This document shows, piece after piece, positions 48,680 to 60,611 of a stretch of DNA of 64,000 nt. Where the stretch lies: NCBI GenBank assembly GCA_013239625.1, contig MU053934.1, positions 10,251,352 to 10,315,351 of the forward strand. Reading direction: 5' to 3'. Below the pieces are notes generated by a model. It worked only from the letters and a program-made list of their open reading frames with translations, had not been told where the DNA came from and did no database searches. This DNA is from Lama guanicoe. Its lineage: Eukaryota. Made by a program: the position numbers and the translations under genes. Within the stretch, counting starts at the first letter, position 1; each line of letters opens with the position of its first letter.

Positions 48680-49330
48680 TCTTTGTTGTTTTTACTTTAA
48701 AATGGTGGCGTAGGGTACTCAAGGCAGACCACACAACACAAATCGAGCAACAGCGAGTTGTCACAAGGCCAACGGGGCCACCACCTCTGTCAGGAGGCAG
48801 CGCTGGCCACACCCCCGGTCTCCCGGATGCCCCTCCCCAGGGAGGATGCCGCCCTGACCTCTGACACCGCAGTGTGGCTTTGCTCCTTCCTAAACTGTGT
48901 CGCTCGAGGGGTCACACAGGACAGACCCTTCTGCAAGTCACGTTTCTGTCTGCGAGCCTGTCCACGTGGCTGGGGAGCCGGGCTTCGGGTTTCTCCCAGT
49001 GCCGCCGTTTTCTCACGGATGCGGGGACCTCAGCGTGTCCTTCCCACTGCAGGTGGACGCTGGGGTTGTTTCCATTTGGGGCTATTGTAAATACTGCTGC
49101 CCTGGACATCTGCATGCAGGTTCCTTGGCAGACACGTGCCCACAGTTCTGCTGGGTGTTCGCCCAGAAGTGGACGGACGTGACCACATGGCGTCTGTGTC
49201 TTCCACTGTAGTAGATGACGACCAGTTATTGGCCAAAGTGGTTTTCCAATTCACGTGTCCACCTGGGGCTTACGTGGGTTCTTGTTTGCTCCTTGACATC
49301 CTCACTGCCAGCTCTTGGTGTGGTCAGCCT
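48680..49330 (-). mobile_element. Old L1M 3' fragment
   Basis: gtggacgctggggttgtttccatttggggctattgtaaatactgctgc...gacatctgcatgcagg...cccagaagtgga...ccaaagtggtt. Confidence 0.8.
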
Positions 49331-49815
49331 CAGTGGGGCGGGGGCACGTTATCTCCATCCCTGAGTCCTCCCTCCTGCTCAGAGATTTGAGGCGGCCCCT
49401 CCCGCATCTCCTGTTCCTGCTGCAGCTGAAACAGACAGAAAGGCCTGTGAGGACATCTTGTGATGCTAACATCAGAAGCATTTTCTCCTATCATTAAAAT
49501 TCTTCAGAAACATGACTTTAATGACTGCATAATATTCTATTGTATGGATTAACATAATTTGTTTATCCTCTTACTGTATAACAGGGTTTTTTTTCCCTAT
49601 TGCAAACGATGCTGATAAACGTGTGTTTCTGAGCACTTTTCCAGCGTTAGTTTCCGCTAGTGGGATTATTCAGTCGTTGCTGCCCAATGAACGGACGGGT
49701 CTGCAAAACGACCACTTCCCTCCAGTCCAGGTGCCCACTCACCTGGCTGACCTGAGAACGTCTTAGAAAATACACGTTTATAAGAAATTATTTTAAAAAA
49801 AATTAAGGCTAACTT

Positions 49816-49945
49816 GGGGGAAAGTATAGCTCAGTGGCAGAGCATGTGCTTAGCATGTGCAAGGTCCTGGGTTCAATCCCCAGCACCTCCATTAAAAATA
49901 AACCTAATTACCCTCCCCCACCAAAGAAACAAAGAACAAACAAAA
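49816..49945 (+). mobile_element. tRNA-Ala-derived SINE (vic-1 type)
   Basis: gtatagctcagtggcagagcatgtgcttagcatgtgcaaggtcctgggttcaatccccagcacctcca...aaataaacctaattacc. Diverged TSD aattaaggctaactt (49801-49815) / agttaaggatgactt (49946-49960). Confidence 0.92.
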
Positions 49946-51077
49946 AGTTAAGGATGACTTGAAAGAATAGAAATAGAGTGTAACTTCCAGGAGAGGAAAA
50001 AGAAAGCTGATGAACAAAACTGATCAAGTCAAGAGAAGACAGGAAAGGAGGTGGGGAGACACAAAGGAAAAATTGGGTAAAGAGGAAATATTAACACTGT
50101 CCAAGGACATTCAGATATGATCTGATGTGATCATGATGAATAAATTCCTAAACTCCCCTGTTCAGAGAGATTCACATTATACTTTTTAAATACTCTGTGT
50201 ACTATTTACATGAGATATACCAAAAAAAAAAAATGGCATAAGATTTGAAGTAAGAAGATGAAAAAAATAAATGTGAGGAAATACTAACTGAAAGACAGCA
50301 AGGCTGAGAGTATCTATTCCCCTAAAAAGAGTTTTGAAGAGCGTTCACAAGGACAAAGGGGTGTGTCCTACGATGAAGAGAGGGCCTGGGTCACCCCTGG
50401 GCCTGTGTAAACAGGGCATCATGACCCCGACAGAAAGCAGAGTGACATTCCCACAGCATAACTGGACGTGTGAACCCGTCTCTTACAGAAAATGTGGACC
50501 AACAGGGGAAACAGTTTAAAAAGAGAGATTTAAAGAATGATGGTTTGATGTAATAGAAAGAATTTTGCTTTCCACAGACACAGTATGCATTTATTTCCAG
50601 CACATGAAAAACATTTACAAATGTTTGGCCTATTATAAGGGGAATTTCAATAAACCAAAAGGAAGTCTTGACAATATACAGACCTGTGCCTTCTGTCCAC
50701 AATGCAATGATACTAGAAATCACAACCGAAGAGAACATTTAAATGCCCAAGTCCCCATATAAATAATCCACTGAAGTGAAAAATGGAATCCTGCTGGAAA
50801 TTATAAAACAATAGTAAAAGGCTAAAATGTCAACACTTGTGGGATGCAGCTAAAGTAGTAATTAGAGGAGACTTTATAGTCTCAAATACATCATAGGAAG
50901 ACAAATATTTAAAAGAATTTAGCTCAACATTCCGCTTAAGCTGGACAACGAATGAGGGCAAAAGTGCAGGAAAAAAACTCATAAGGATTAAAATAAGAAA
51001 GAGAGAAGCAGAAGTTACGCCGTAGAAAAGAAACACAAATAACGGAAATCATTGATAAAACCAAAGTTAATTTTTAG

Positions 51078-51190
51078 ACTAGACCAGCGATGTCATCAGG
51101 GGCCTTTGTTTTGCAGTTGATGTGTTTCCAGCACTCAAAAACAGCACGTACACGTAGCAGGGGTTGAATGAATATATGCTGAATGAAAAA
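51078..51190 (+). mobile_element. L2 3'-end fragment
   Basis: ctagacc...catcaggggc...tttccagcact...cacgtagcagg...tgctgaatgaa. Confidence 0.55.
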
Positions 51191-51278
51191 CAGAAAAATG
51201 TCTAAGGGATAAAATCAACCACATTAAGGAAAAAAAGGAGGCAAACTACAGATACTGAAGAAATTTTAAAAATCATAA

Positions 51279-52397
51279 TTATCAGAGAATGAGAAGACAA
51301 GCCACAGACTGGGAGAAAATATTGGAAAAACAAATCTGATACAAGACTGTGTTCCAAAATACACAATGAACTCTTAAAATGCGGCAACAAGAAAGCAAGC
51401 AACCTGATTCAAAAATGGGCAGAAGAACCGAGCAGACGCCTCACCAGAGAAGATGCACACATGGCAAGTAAGCCTATGAAAAGGTGCTCCGCATCTCAAG
51501 TCATCAGGGAAGTGCAAACTGAGCCAGCAGCGGGGCATCACTGCATCCCCAACAGAATGGCTGGAATCTGAAAACTTGACAACATCAGATGCTGGTAAGG
51601 ATGTGGAGCAATAGCAACTCTCGTCATGGCTCTGAGATTGCAACATGGTGCGGCCACTGTGGAGGACAGTTTGGTGGTTTCCTAAAACTAAGCATACTCT
51701 CACCACATGCTCCTTGGTATCTACCCAAGGGAGTTGAAAACTTACATCCACACAGAAACCTACAGACAGATGTTTATTCATAATTGCCAGAACTTGGAAA
51801 CAAGCAAGATGTCCTTCAGTGGGTGACCGGATAAACTATGACGCACCCCAGCAATGGAATGTTATGCAGCACTAAAAAGAAATGGGCCTCGAAAAGGCTG
51901 CATAAAGCCTTGAAAAGATATGCAAGAACCTTACATTCATTAGCAAGTGAAAGAAGCCAATCTGAAAAGGTTGCATGCTGTGTGATTCCAACTCTGACAT
52001 TCTAGAAAACGCAAAGCTATGAAGACAGTAAAAACACCAGTGGTTGTGGGGTGGGTGAAGAACGGACAGAACACACGGGATTTTTTAGGGCCGTGAAACT
52101 ACTCTGTGTGATTCCGTGTTGGCGGATTCATGCCGTTAGACATTTGTTCAAACCCATAGAATGTTCAACACCAAGAGTGAACTCTGGGTGTCAGCTGTGG
52201 GCTTCGGGTGATGATGTGTCACTGTGGGTTCACCAGCTGTAACAAACGTAGCAGCTGGTGGGGGATGTTGATGGCGGAGGAGGCTGTGCACCTGTGGGAG
52301 GAGGAGGCACATGGGGGTACGTGGGAAGTCTCTGTACTTTCTTCTCAACATTGCTGTGACTCAAAATTTCTCTAAAAATGTAATCTATTAATTTTTA
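51279..52397 (+). mobile_element. L1MC1-like 3' element nested in an older L1, with TSD
   Basis: gaagacaagccacagactgggagaaaatatt...gctggtaaggatgtggagcaa...caccaagagtgaac...tgatgtgtcactgt...tctctgtactttc. TSD aaaaatcataa at 51268-51278 and 52398-52408. Confidence 0.88.
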
Positions 52398-53886
52398 AAA
52401 AATCATAAGGGCGTCCTAGGAATGGCTTTTGTACCTATGAATTTGAAAACCTGGATGAAATGGATAATTTTAAGAAAAAATACAAATTCCAAAAATTGAC
52501 TCAAGGAGGAAATCGACGCTGAGTAGATCAGTAGTCACTGAATACCTTGCACAGGTGGCCACACAGCTCCCTTTCCGAAGGCGGTGTGCCAGATGGTTTT
52601 ACAGCCTATTCTACCAAACCCCAGTGATCAGAATTTAGAGAGCAAAGCATGGGCTGGGGGCTCCGGGCACGGGTGGGGGCTTGAACGCCGGGGCGGCCTA
52701 CATGTTCACAGCTGTGAGGGTGCTTTTCGCTTCTGTGAGCCTGAGGAGCGGCTGCGGAGTCTGCCGGGAGTGGGGTCTGGTGCTTTTCGCGGGGAACAGC
52801 CTGACTTCTGCCCCCACCGAGCAGGGATGAGGCTTGGGGGAGCTGAGGCCAGAATGCAGCCACAGGGGGGTTATTTGCTGCTTTTCACGTTTTGTTTATT
52901 TTTTCCATCAATTCTGCGGGTTGAGAGTCTACAGGCCCCCAAGCCCCCCTGCTTGCTGTGGAGTTAATAATGCAGCTTTTATTTATAACTCTTTAGGGCT
53001 GGACCACCCTACATGCATGTGGTTTTAAATTGGATCCAGGAGTCACTGAAGGAAATGTTGACCTTAGACTGTACTGGTTAATTACAGCCTGTGACCAGGG
53101 CCTTAGTGTTCAGTGACCCAAACTGGGGGTCGGTTTATCTTAAAAACAAACAAAAAGAGTTGGGGTGGGGGCAGTGTGCTTACTGCCCAGAGAACATGGC
53201 CTCTTCTTAGATGGAGGTAGAGGAACAACTCAGCAGACCTCAGCTTGCTCAGAAGTCGGGGAGCCAGGCTGGCGAGAGCGCGGAAGCAGAAGATGCGAGC
53301 GAGGCGGGGGAGGAGAGAGGTTTCTGGGGGAGATCAGCTCAGTCTGAGGCGGGGAAGCGCCTGAGGCCAACATGGAAACTTGAAACAGAAATGCACCCAG
53401 ACTGCGCGCGAGGGAAGCGGCTCAGGTCAGGACCAAGGCGAGCACCAGGAGGGGGCGGGGCCTCCTCGCCCTGAGGGGCGGGGCGGAGCAGGTGCAGCCA
53501 GGCCAGGAGGACGCGGCCACGCCACAGGCGTCCAGGCCCGAGGATGCTCGTCCACCTGTCTCTGATGTGGGGATGGGCGTTAGTCGGGGGCGGCTAGGTT
53601 CGGACTTGGCGGGCCCTGAGATCCCCAGAGCCGATGCCTTAGGTCAGCCCACCTCCCTCTCCTCCACGCCCCCCCTGTTTGTTTCTTCAGAGCCAGAACC
53701 ACCACCTCCAGGACTTCTTGTTCCGGAGCTCGGAGCTGCCTCCACCAGACCTCTGACTGGTCCTTTATGATATTTGAGGAGCGAATGAATGACAGTGCTT
53801 GGGGCCTCCCAGAGAGGCCAGGGCCCTGCAGCCAGTGAGGCCTGGGCTGGCCTGGCCCCCGGGCGTCCCCAGAGGAGCGGTTTTAC

Positions 53887-53900
53887 CCAGCAGGGGGCGT
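53887..53900 (+). promoter_or_regulatory. Candidate CTCF core motif
   Basis: CCAGCAGGGGGCGT matches the CCASYAGRKGGCR core. Motif match only. Confidence 0.4.
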
Positions 53901-54414
53901 GAGGGGCTGGCCTGGCTCATGGGGTTGAGTGGCTGTCTGTGTACTCAGCAAGCGTTCACTGAGGCCTCCTACCTCCCTGGCACTGTGACCTACGGAGGGG
54001 ACCCACTGGTGGGGACTCAGATGATGTTCAAGGTCACCCCAGTAAGTGAGATGCTGGGTGGTGCCTGGGCTCAGGGAGGCCGGACCCCAAAGCCCACGCC
54101 TCCCCGTGGTGACCCTCCGTGGTCACCCCAGTGGAGTCGAGGCCACAGGACGAAAATGGTCATAGTCTGACCTTGGTCTCCCAGGTGGCAAGTGGCAGGA
54201 AGTTGCCCTGCTCCCCACTCCAGGCTGGAGTCTCTTAATTAGCTCTCAGTGGCCACTGTCCTCACTGGGACGCCACCACCACCAGGGGACGCTGTTGGGG
54301 AGAGGGACCTGGGGACAGCGGCCCTGACCCGCTATTAAAAATAATTGGCCACCCATGATGCCAAGAAAAATGTGTCCTCCTTCAGTCTGCCTGGGAGATG
54401 TGAATTATTCTCAT

Positions 54415-54428
54415 GTTGCCATAGAAAC
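54415..54428. promoter_or_regulatory. Candidate RFX X-box
   Basis: GTTGCCATAGAAAC versus consensus GTTGCCATGGCAAC, inside an AT-rich island. Confidence 0.45.
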
Positions 54429-57400
54429 CAAGATACGTTCCCACATCTTTCAGATATTTAATTTTGTGAGCCCAGAGATGACCCTGTGAGCTCCTCGGAG
54501 AAGCAGGAGGCTGAGGGAAGGAGCGGGGAGGGAGAGAGAGGTGGAGAGGAAGTGGGGGAGAGAGACAGCCACAGACGGGGCTGAGCCCCTGCCGGGCGGA
54601 TGCCCCCAGGGCAGTGACCACAGAGGGCCGTGCCCTGACCTCTGGGACTGGAGGCCGGGCTCCTGTAGGGAACCTGGGGTCCTGGGCGGTAAGGGACACT
54701 GGCCGCGGCTTGGTGGGACACCTGGCTCTGGCGGCTCCACCTCCATCAGACAGCTGCCCCCACGCCCTCTGTCCCCTCCCTGTTCCCTTGCACTCCTGTC
54801 CTGTACCTTCTGCCTTTGCTGGGACGCTCCCTCTGCTCAGAATGTCTTTCTCTGGCTGGGAAATCCCTTTATGTTTTTAAGGCCACTGTCAAGGCTCCAT
54901 GCAAGGCTCCATCCCTGTCCCTGGAGACCCCACCACCCCTCCTCCAGAAGCCCTACCTAGCACTGGCCCCCACGTTTGCCTTAGGTGACAACAGAGGACC
55001 TGCCACCTCTGTCCCCTCCTCCTGGCAGGGAGCAGCCTTGGCCACCCAGGCCCCGGCAGCCTCCTAGGGAGGAGTCTTGGGCGTGAGCGGAGGCATCATG
55101 CAGGAGCAGGGCCTTCAGCCAGCACAGGGGGCCTCGTGCCCGGAACCCCAGGCATTAGGCTTTCCTACATCTCCTCCTGGGGTGACAGGCCCCTGGCCAC
55201 AGGGAGCCGGGATGGAGCCCAGGCACTCTCCGGTCATCCCCGAGTGGACGTGCACTTCATCTGGGGGCTGTGGAGGGAAGGATGGACATCCAGGGAGGTC
55301 TGGGTGCAGAGTGGGTGTGTGGTGGGTATGACATGGTGGTGGGCGTGGCATGGCGGTGGGCGCGGCCGGCACGCTTGTCCATCCGTGGTCTTCCTCACTC
55401 ACTTCGTGTTCTCTCCTCACAGTTCTGTGAAGGCTATTTCCTGCTTTTATTCCAGTTTCAAAGAATTTGCTTAGAAATGTCTCTGGCATTTTGCTAATAG
55501 TGAGAAGGGAAAAATGATCAGCCTTAAAAATCACAACTTTAAATGGAGCTGTTTTAAACAGCTCAGTTTCCAAATTAGAGGCAGGTGTGAAGATGGAAGA
55601 AGCACATCAATCACTGAATTTCGGAGGGAAAGAGGGAGGGTGGCACTGCCCTGTGACCCAGGGTGGGGGTGGGGGGTGGCAGGTGCAGGATGGAGAGGGT
55701 CCGAATGTGTTTAGCGCGTGACTTCAATTCTTCTCTGTCTCTGTCCAGATGTGTTTTTTCCATGATGAAGATGGTGGGGGAGCCGTTAGAAAATTGGAAA
55801 GTAGAGGAAGGGGAGGAGGCAGGGCAGTCCCAGGAGCTGCGGGTGGGGCCTTCCCCTGGCGTCTCTGAACCTCATCGCCCTTGCAAAGCATCCCAGCCAC
55901 CTGAGCCACGCTTTCAACTCCTGCACAACTGCCTGGATAGACGGGGTCCCTGTGGCAGGCCTGTGTCCCCTCCCTCCCTCGTCTTTCCCAGGTCCCAGGG
56001 TGGGCGGGAGAGGGCCACATGGCCCCCTTATGCTCACTCCTCTGCCCTGCGCAGCCCCCTGTTACAGACAGGGCCGTGGGTGGGCTCCCCTCCCTGCGTG
56101 TTCAGGCAAGGGGTCTCGCCCCCACTGGGGACACTGAGTCCCCGGCCCCGGGTCTGACCCACGCCCTGGGCTGAGGGTCCCCGTCCTGCGTGCTCACCAG
56201 GGCTGCCGGGCAGAGCTGGGAAACCGTGCTCCTGAAAGAGTTCCGTCGATGCACCAAATTAATGTTTTAGTCCTCCACATCGCGGGAGCTGTAATGAAGT
56301 GTCAACTGAACGAGAGGACTAAAAGAATGAATAAGATGTCTTTTATGGTGTCGTTACATCTTATAATAAGATTTACTTGTCAACTTAAAGTGTCATAATG
56401 TAGTCATTTATTTGGTCACCTATGGAAGACGTGTGCGGTTCAAGGTTCCTGGTGTAATAATTACCCTGGAAAGGTTAGGGCATGTCCTCCCACTCCACAC
56501 CCTCCATCCCTTGGGGCTCCCGGGCCCTGGGTCCCAGCTTCCTCTGTCCTCTGGATCTGAGCCTCGCTCATGCACATGCTGTGCCCAGCCCTGTGCTGAG
56601 GCCTGATGGAGCCCAGGGACTTGTCACTACTTGGTCTCTGTCTGTCTCTTAGCCCTGGGGTGGGGTGAGTGCTGATAGAGGGGCTCAGGGCTGGACACGA
56701 GTGTCCTGGGGGCTCGTTCAGCCTTTGAGGGTCGGGGACCTCTTCCCAGAGAATGGGACCTCTCAGCTGAGCCCTGAAGGATGCATAGGAGTTCGCTGGC
56801 TAGAAGAGGGCCTTCTAGGGAGAGAAGAGCACAAGTAGAGGTGGGGAGGGGCTGGCAGGGGGCCCAGCCCAGAGTAGAGCCTGGGGGCGCGTGGTGGGGA
56901 GGGCGGGAAGGGGCAGCAGGACAGGCTGGGAAAGTAGTCTGGGACCAGCCCCTGGGGGGCTTGAACACCGTGCTCAGGAGCTCATCCTGTAGCAGCAGTG
57001 CCGATGGGGGAGCGACGCGGGCCTCCTGCCATGTTCAAGGCGTGTCTCTGGCTGAGGGGAGGGGCCGCCCCTGCCACGACCTGAGACAGGGGTGCCTTGG
57101 GAGGAAGTGCCCCCAGGCAGGGTGGGGTTGAGATTAGTCCTGGACACGTGACCTGGGAGATGCCTGTTGGGTGAAGGGGACTGGAAGGCGTTGGATAAAA
57201 GGACCGGAGTCCAAGGAGAGCCCAGGAGAGCGATGCACGATGGGGGTCCCAGGCCCTACCTGGTGTCCACATCATAGGGCGGGAGAGAGCTCCCTGGGAG
57301 GGACCAGAACCGCTGAGCTCGGCGGTCCGGGGTGGGGGCGGGGCATCTGGGGTGATGTGGGGACCTGGTGGGGGACCGGGGAGCCTGGGGTTCCTTTCTG

Positions 57401-57990
57401 CGGACACGTGGCTGCTCCCCTTTGAGCACGACTCTGTGAAGGGGCTGCATCTGCTCGATCTGGGGGCCTGGCCTGCTTTCTGCTTCTGTACCCCAGGGCC
57501 TGGTCAGCTGCCCGGGCCCCTTGTGGGGCCGGGAGGGTCTCCTGTCTTCGTCTCTCAGCCCTGCTCCCCTCCCCTGTGTTCCCCCTGCCCCTCGCACCCC
57601 TGGGTGGGTGGCTGGGTTTGTAGGACAGGATGCAGGCCCGACTGCTGCAGCAATGCCCACATTCATCTCATCCTTCCTGAATCTGTGCCCGTGTGCTGTT
57701 CCCTCGCACCAGACTTGCCGGACATGAGCCTCCTGCGGCTGTGGGGGTAGAAAGTGATGCATCAAGGCTGGAAGGGCTCCTGCCTTCACTGCACAGGGCT
57801 CCCCACTCTGTCCCTGGGTGCGTCTGCCACCCCGTGGGCCAGCCCACCAGCCTGCCCAGGTCCGAGAGCTCAGTGCTCGGGACAGCGCTGCAGCATCTCT
57901 GGGTGAGCTCACCTCCTGATTTGGCTACTCCTGGACCGGGTGGACACTGGCTGTGGCCACAGGGGCGTCAACAGAGGCAGAGGCACTGAA

Positions 57991-58147
57991 GCACCTTCCA
58001 GTGAGGTCTAAGGTGACCCCACACCCCTAACTCCAGCCCCGACACCACCCGCACCCTTTCACTCTTCTGGGCGCTCTCGGTGCCCAAGGTCGCGGCGTCC
58101 AAATAGCTGGACCCAGTGCCCATGGCGCATCCCCGCGGGTGCAGAGG
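57991..58147 (+). repeat. Left arm of a perfect 157-bp inverted repeat
   Basis: Exact reverse complement of 60455-60611, checked base by base. Confidence 0.97.
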
Positions 58148-60454
58148 CCGTCCAAGCTCCGTGTGGGGCCTCTGCATGGGCTGCCCGGCCCCGGATCCAG
58201 AGCCCTGCCGCCCACACAACCCCACGGAGAGATGGAGAGGCCTCCACCGTGGGCGAGCGGTTCCTCGGCCTGGTTTCCGAGAGGGCGTTTTGCTGACGTG
58301 CAGAATTTCCAGCAGGACAGCGGTGTGCTTTCTCTCAGCCCACAGAGGTCATTAATTTATACCACCGGCGGCTGCATCAGACATGGTTGCTGCGTCACGT
58401 TAACAAACCATAAAGACCCGCTGGGCCCAAGAAGGTGACCACCCCGTCTGCCTTCCTGGGGCAGGAGGGATGCTGGCCAGAGGTGTTTCTCCCCCAGGGG
58501 CACAGCCTGGGGGGCTCGCTGTCTTCCCTGGGGGCTGCATGCGGCTGAAATGACGTGGATCTGCGGAACCAGCCCCGGCGAGGGCTCTGCAGGGCTGCCC
58601 TGCTCCGTCCTGTTCTGCGGTGCGGAGGCCTGCTCTTTGAATTCTCCCTCCCTGGGGGCCTGGGCACGGCCTCCCCTTCGGGGGCCTCAGCTGAGGGCGG
58701 GTGAGAGCCTGTTACTATGGCCCCGTGACCTCTAAGCCCCAAGGCCAGGCCCTGTCTTCCAAGGTGGACTCAGAGGTGGGCGCCCCTGCCCCCCCATCCT
58801 TTGGTTCAGATCATTAGAGTCAACCTTTCCAGTGACCGGAGTTCACACTGGGTGGGGGGGGGCGGGCGCCGTGAGCACCAAGCTTCTTTCTAAGGTCTCC
58901 CTCCCTGGAGGAGGCACCTTGTCCCAGCTCAGCCCAGCCTGGCGGTCAGACCGGGTGGGTGACAGCCGAGGCACATCTTAGAGGAAAGCAAGGAGGAAAG
59001 AGGCCTCCCCTTGGCTGCCCCTCTGTCCACCCAGCCCCGGTAGCCCTGGCCAGTCCGTGACAGGGGCTGGGTGTGCTGGCCGGGCCCCAGGTCGCTCTCC
59101 TGCGTGTGGCTGTCCTTCCCTCCTCCCGGGAGCCTGGGCGAGCAACTGGGGGAGCGAGTCGGGCGGCAGGATGGACGGGCCTGATGTTCCCGGATCCTGG
59201 CAGAGGAAGGGGGCGTCCAGGGCAGACCGTGTCTTTCCCTGGACCCGGGGCTGTGCCCTGGGGACGTCCTGTACCAGCATGACTCAGTGTGGAACCATCA
59301 GGCTGTGGAATTAAACCCGTCCTTGCCTGAAGGCCACAGGGCCAGCCACTTGGGTGCGAGTCCTAACTCCCAGTAACTCCCAGTTACGAGATCATAGACT
59401 GTAGCTGACTAAGGTGCCAGTGAAACAGCGGCCTCGGCTCTTCCTCACAGGGCCGCTCGCTGCAGGGGCTTCCGCGCCGGTGACTTACACCCCTGGCCGT
59501 GGTGTCGGTGGCAGTCATCCTGGGCTCAGCTCATGCTTCCGTCTAAGAAACACACACTCAGTTGATGCTTATGTGTGACAGGCAGCCCGAGAGCTTACCC
59601 ACTTGGGGTGTGACTCAGGGAGCTGGCTACTCAGCAGTGGGATGGCCTCTGGTCCTTGCCGGCTGCAGGCCCTGCGGGCGGCCGCTCCGTTTAGCTCTGG
59701 ATGGGTCTGTGGTCACCAGAAAGGGCGGCCGACGGACTTGGGGTCGCGGGAGCCTCGTCGGCCTCTCAGGCCCCGGCGTGGACGGTCGTCCCTGAGTGGA
59801 GCTGTGCTGGGCAGAGGGCACGGGCTCCCGCGCTCTGTCTGGGGTCCTGGGCACCCCCTGGCCCCTCCCGGCTCTGAAGACAGGAGCCAGGTGGGGGCAT
59901 CTTGACAGAAGAGCCGGTTCCCCCCGGGGCCTGCTGCACCCCACCCCTGCAGGGCCCCGGCCCCCGTCCCTGGAACCCCGCCCACACGTGGGCCTCTGAC
60001 CTCAGGGTCCCCATGAGGCTGCCAGCCAGTCCTCAGGGAGAAACAGTTCCGGCACCTGGAACGCGCTGCTCCTGCGGAGACTTGCCAAGTCATCCTGGGT
60101 TTCTCGGACACACCGGCCGTCTGTCCATGGGTGTGCGAGGGGGCTGTGACCGCCCTGCCCACGGCAGGACCCTCGTGTCCCTTGTTCCTTGTTCAGCAGA
60201 AACTGGATGCTGCCGCGGCCCCTCTCGCCTTCTCCCCGCGCCTCCGCCCCTACCTGCGTCTTAATTGGCAAAGGCGGCCGATTCCCATGCGTGGTGGTCA
60301 CACAGTCCGCAGAGTCGATGGCATGGAGCTCGAGGCCACCAGCAGGGCCCCCACGGCCGCGCCCTGTGCTCCCCTGAAGGCCCGAGTCTTTGCTGCTTCA
60401 GAGCAGGAGGAGGCAGGAAGGAGCTTCCCTCTCCTTGTGCCCGGAAAGGGGCCC

Positions 60455-60611
60455 CCTCTGCACCCGCGGGGATGCGCCATGGGCACTGGGTCCAGCTATT
60501 TGGACGCCGCGACCTTGGGCACCGAGAGCGCCCAGAAGAGTGAAAGGGTGCGGGTGGTGTCGGGGCTGGAGTTAGGGGTGTGGGGTCACCTTAGACCTCA
60601 CTGGAAGGTGC
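60455..60611 (-). repeat. Right arm of a perfect 157-bp inverted repeat
   Basis: Exact reverse complement of 57991-58147. The ORF track shows the identical peptide LHPRGCAMG...RPHWKV on opposite strands. Confidence 0.97.

Larger units (their letters stand above)
49961..52640 (+). mobile_element. Old L1M host element (ORF2 5' part), interrupted by an L2 fragment and an L1MC1-like insertion
   Basis: caacacttgtgggatgcagctaaagtagtaattagaggagactttatag; actacagatactgaagaaatt...; resumes at 52409 with atttgaaaacctggatgaaatgga...aaaattgactcaag. Confidence 0.75.

Noticed and set aside
56265..56364. H/ACA snoRNA
   Set aside because: Two hairpins are present, but there is no single-stranded ANANNA hinge, no properly placed 3' ACA, and it lies outside the annotated gene.
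57991..60611. DNA transposon or MITE with 157-bp terminal inverted repeats
   Set aside because: No target-site duplication, no transposase remnant and no recognisable TIR end motif. A rearrangement explains it better.
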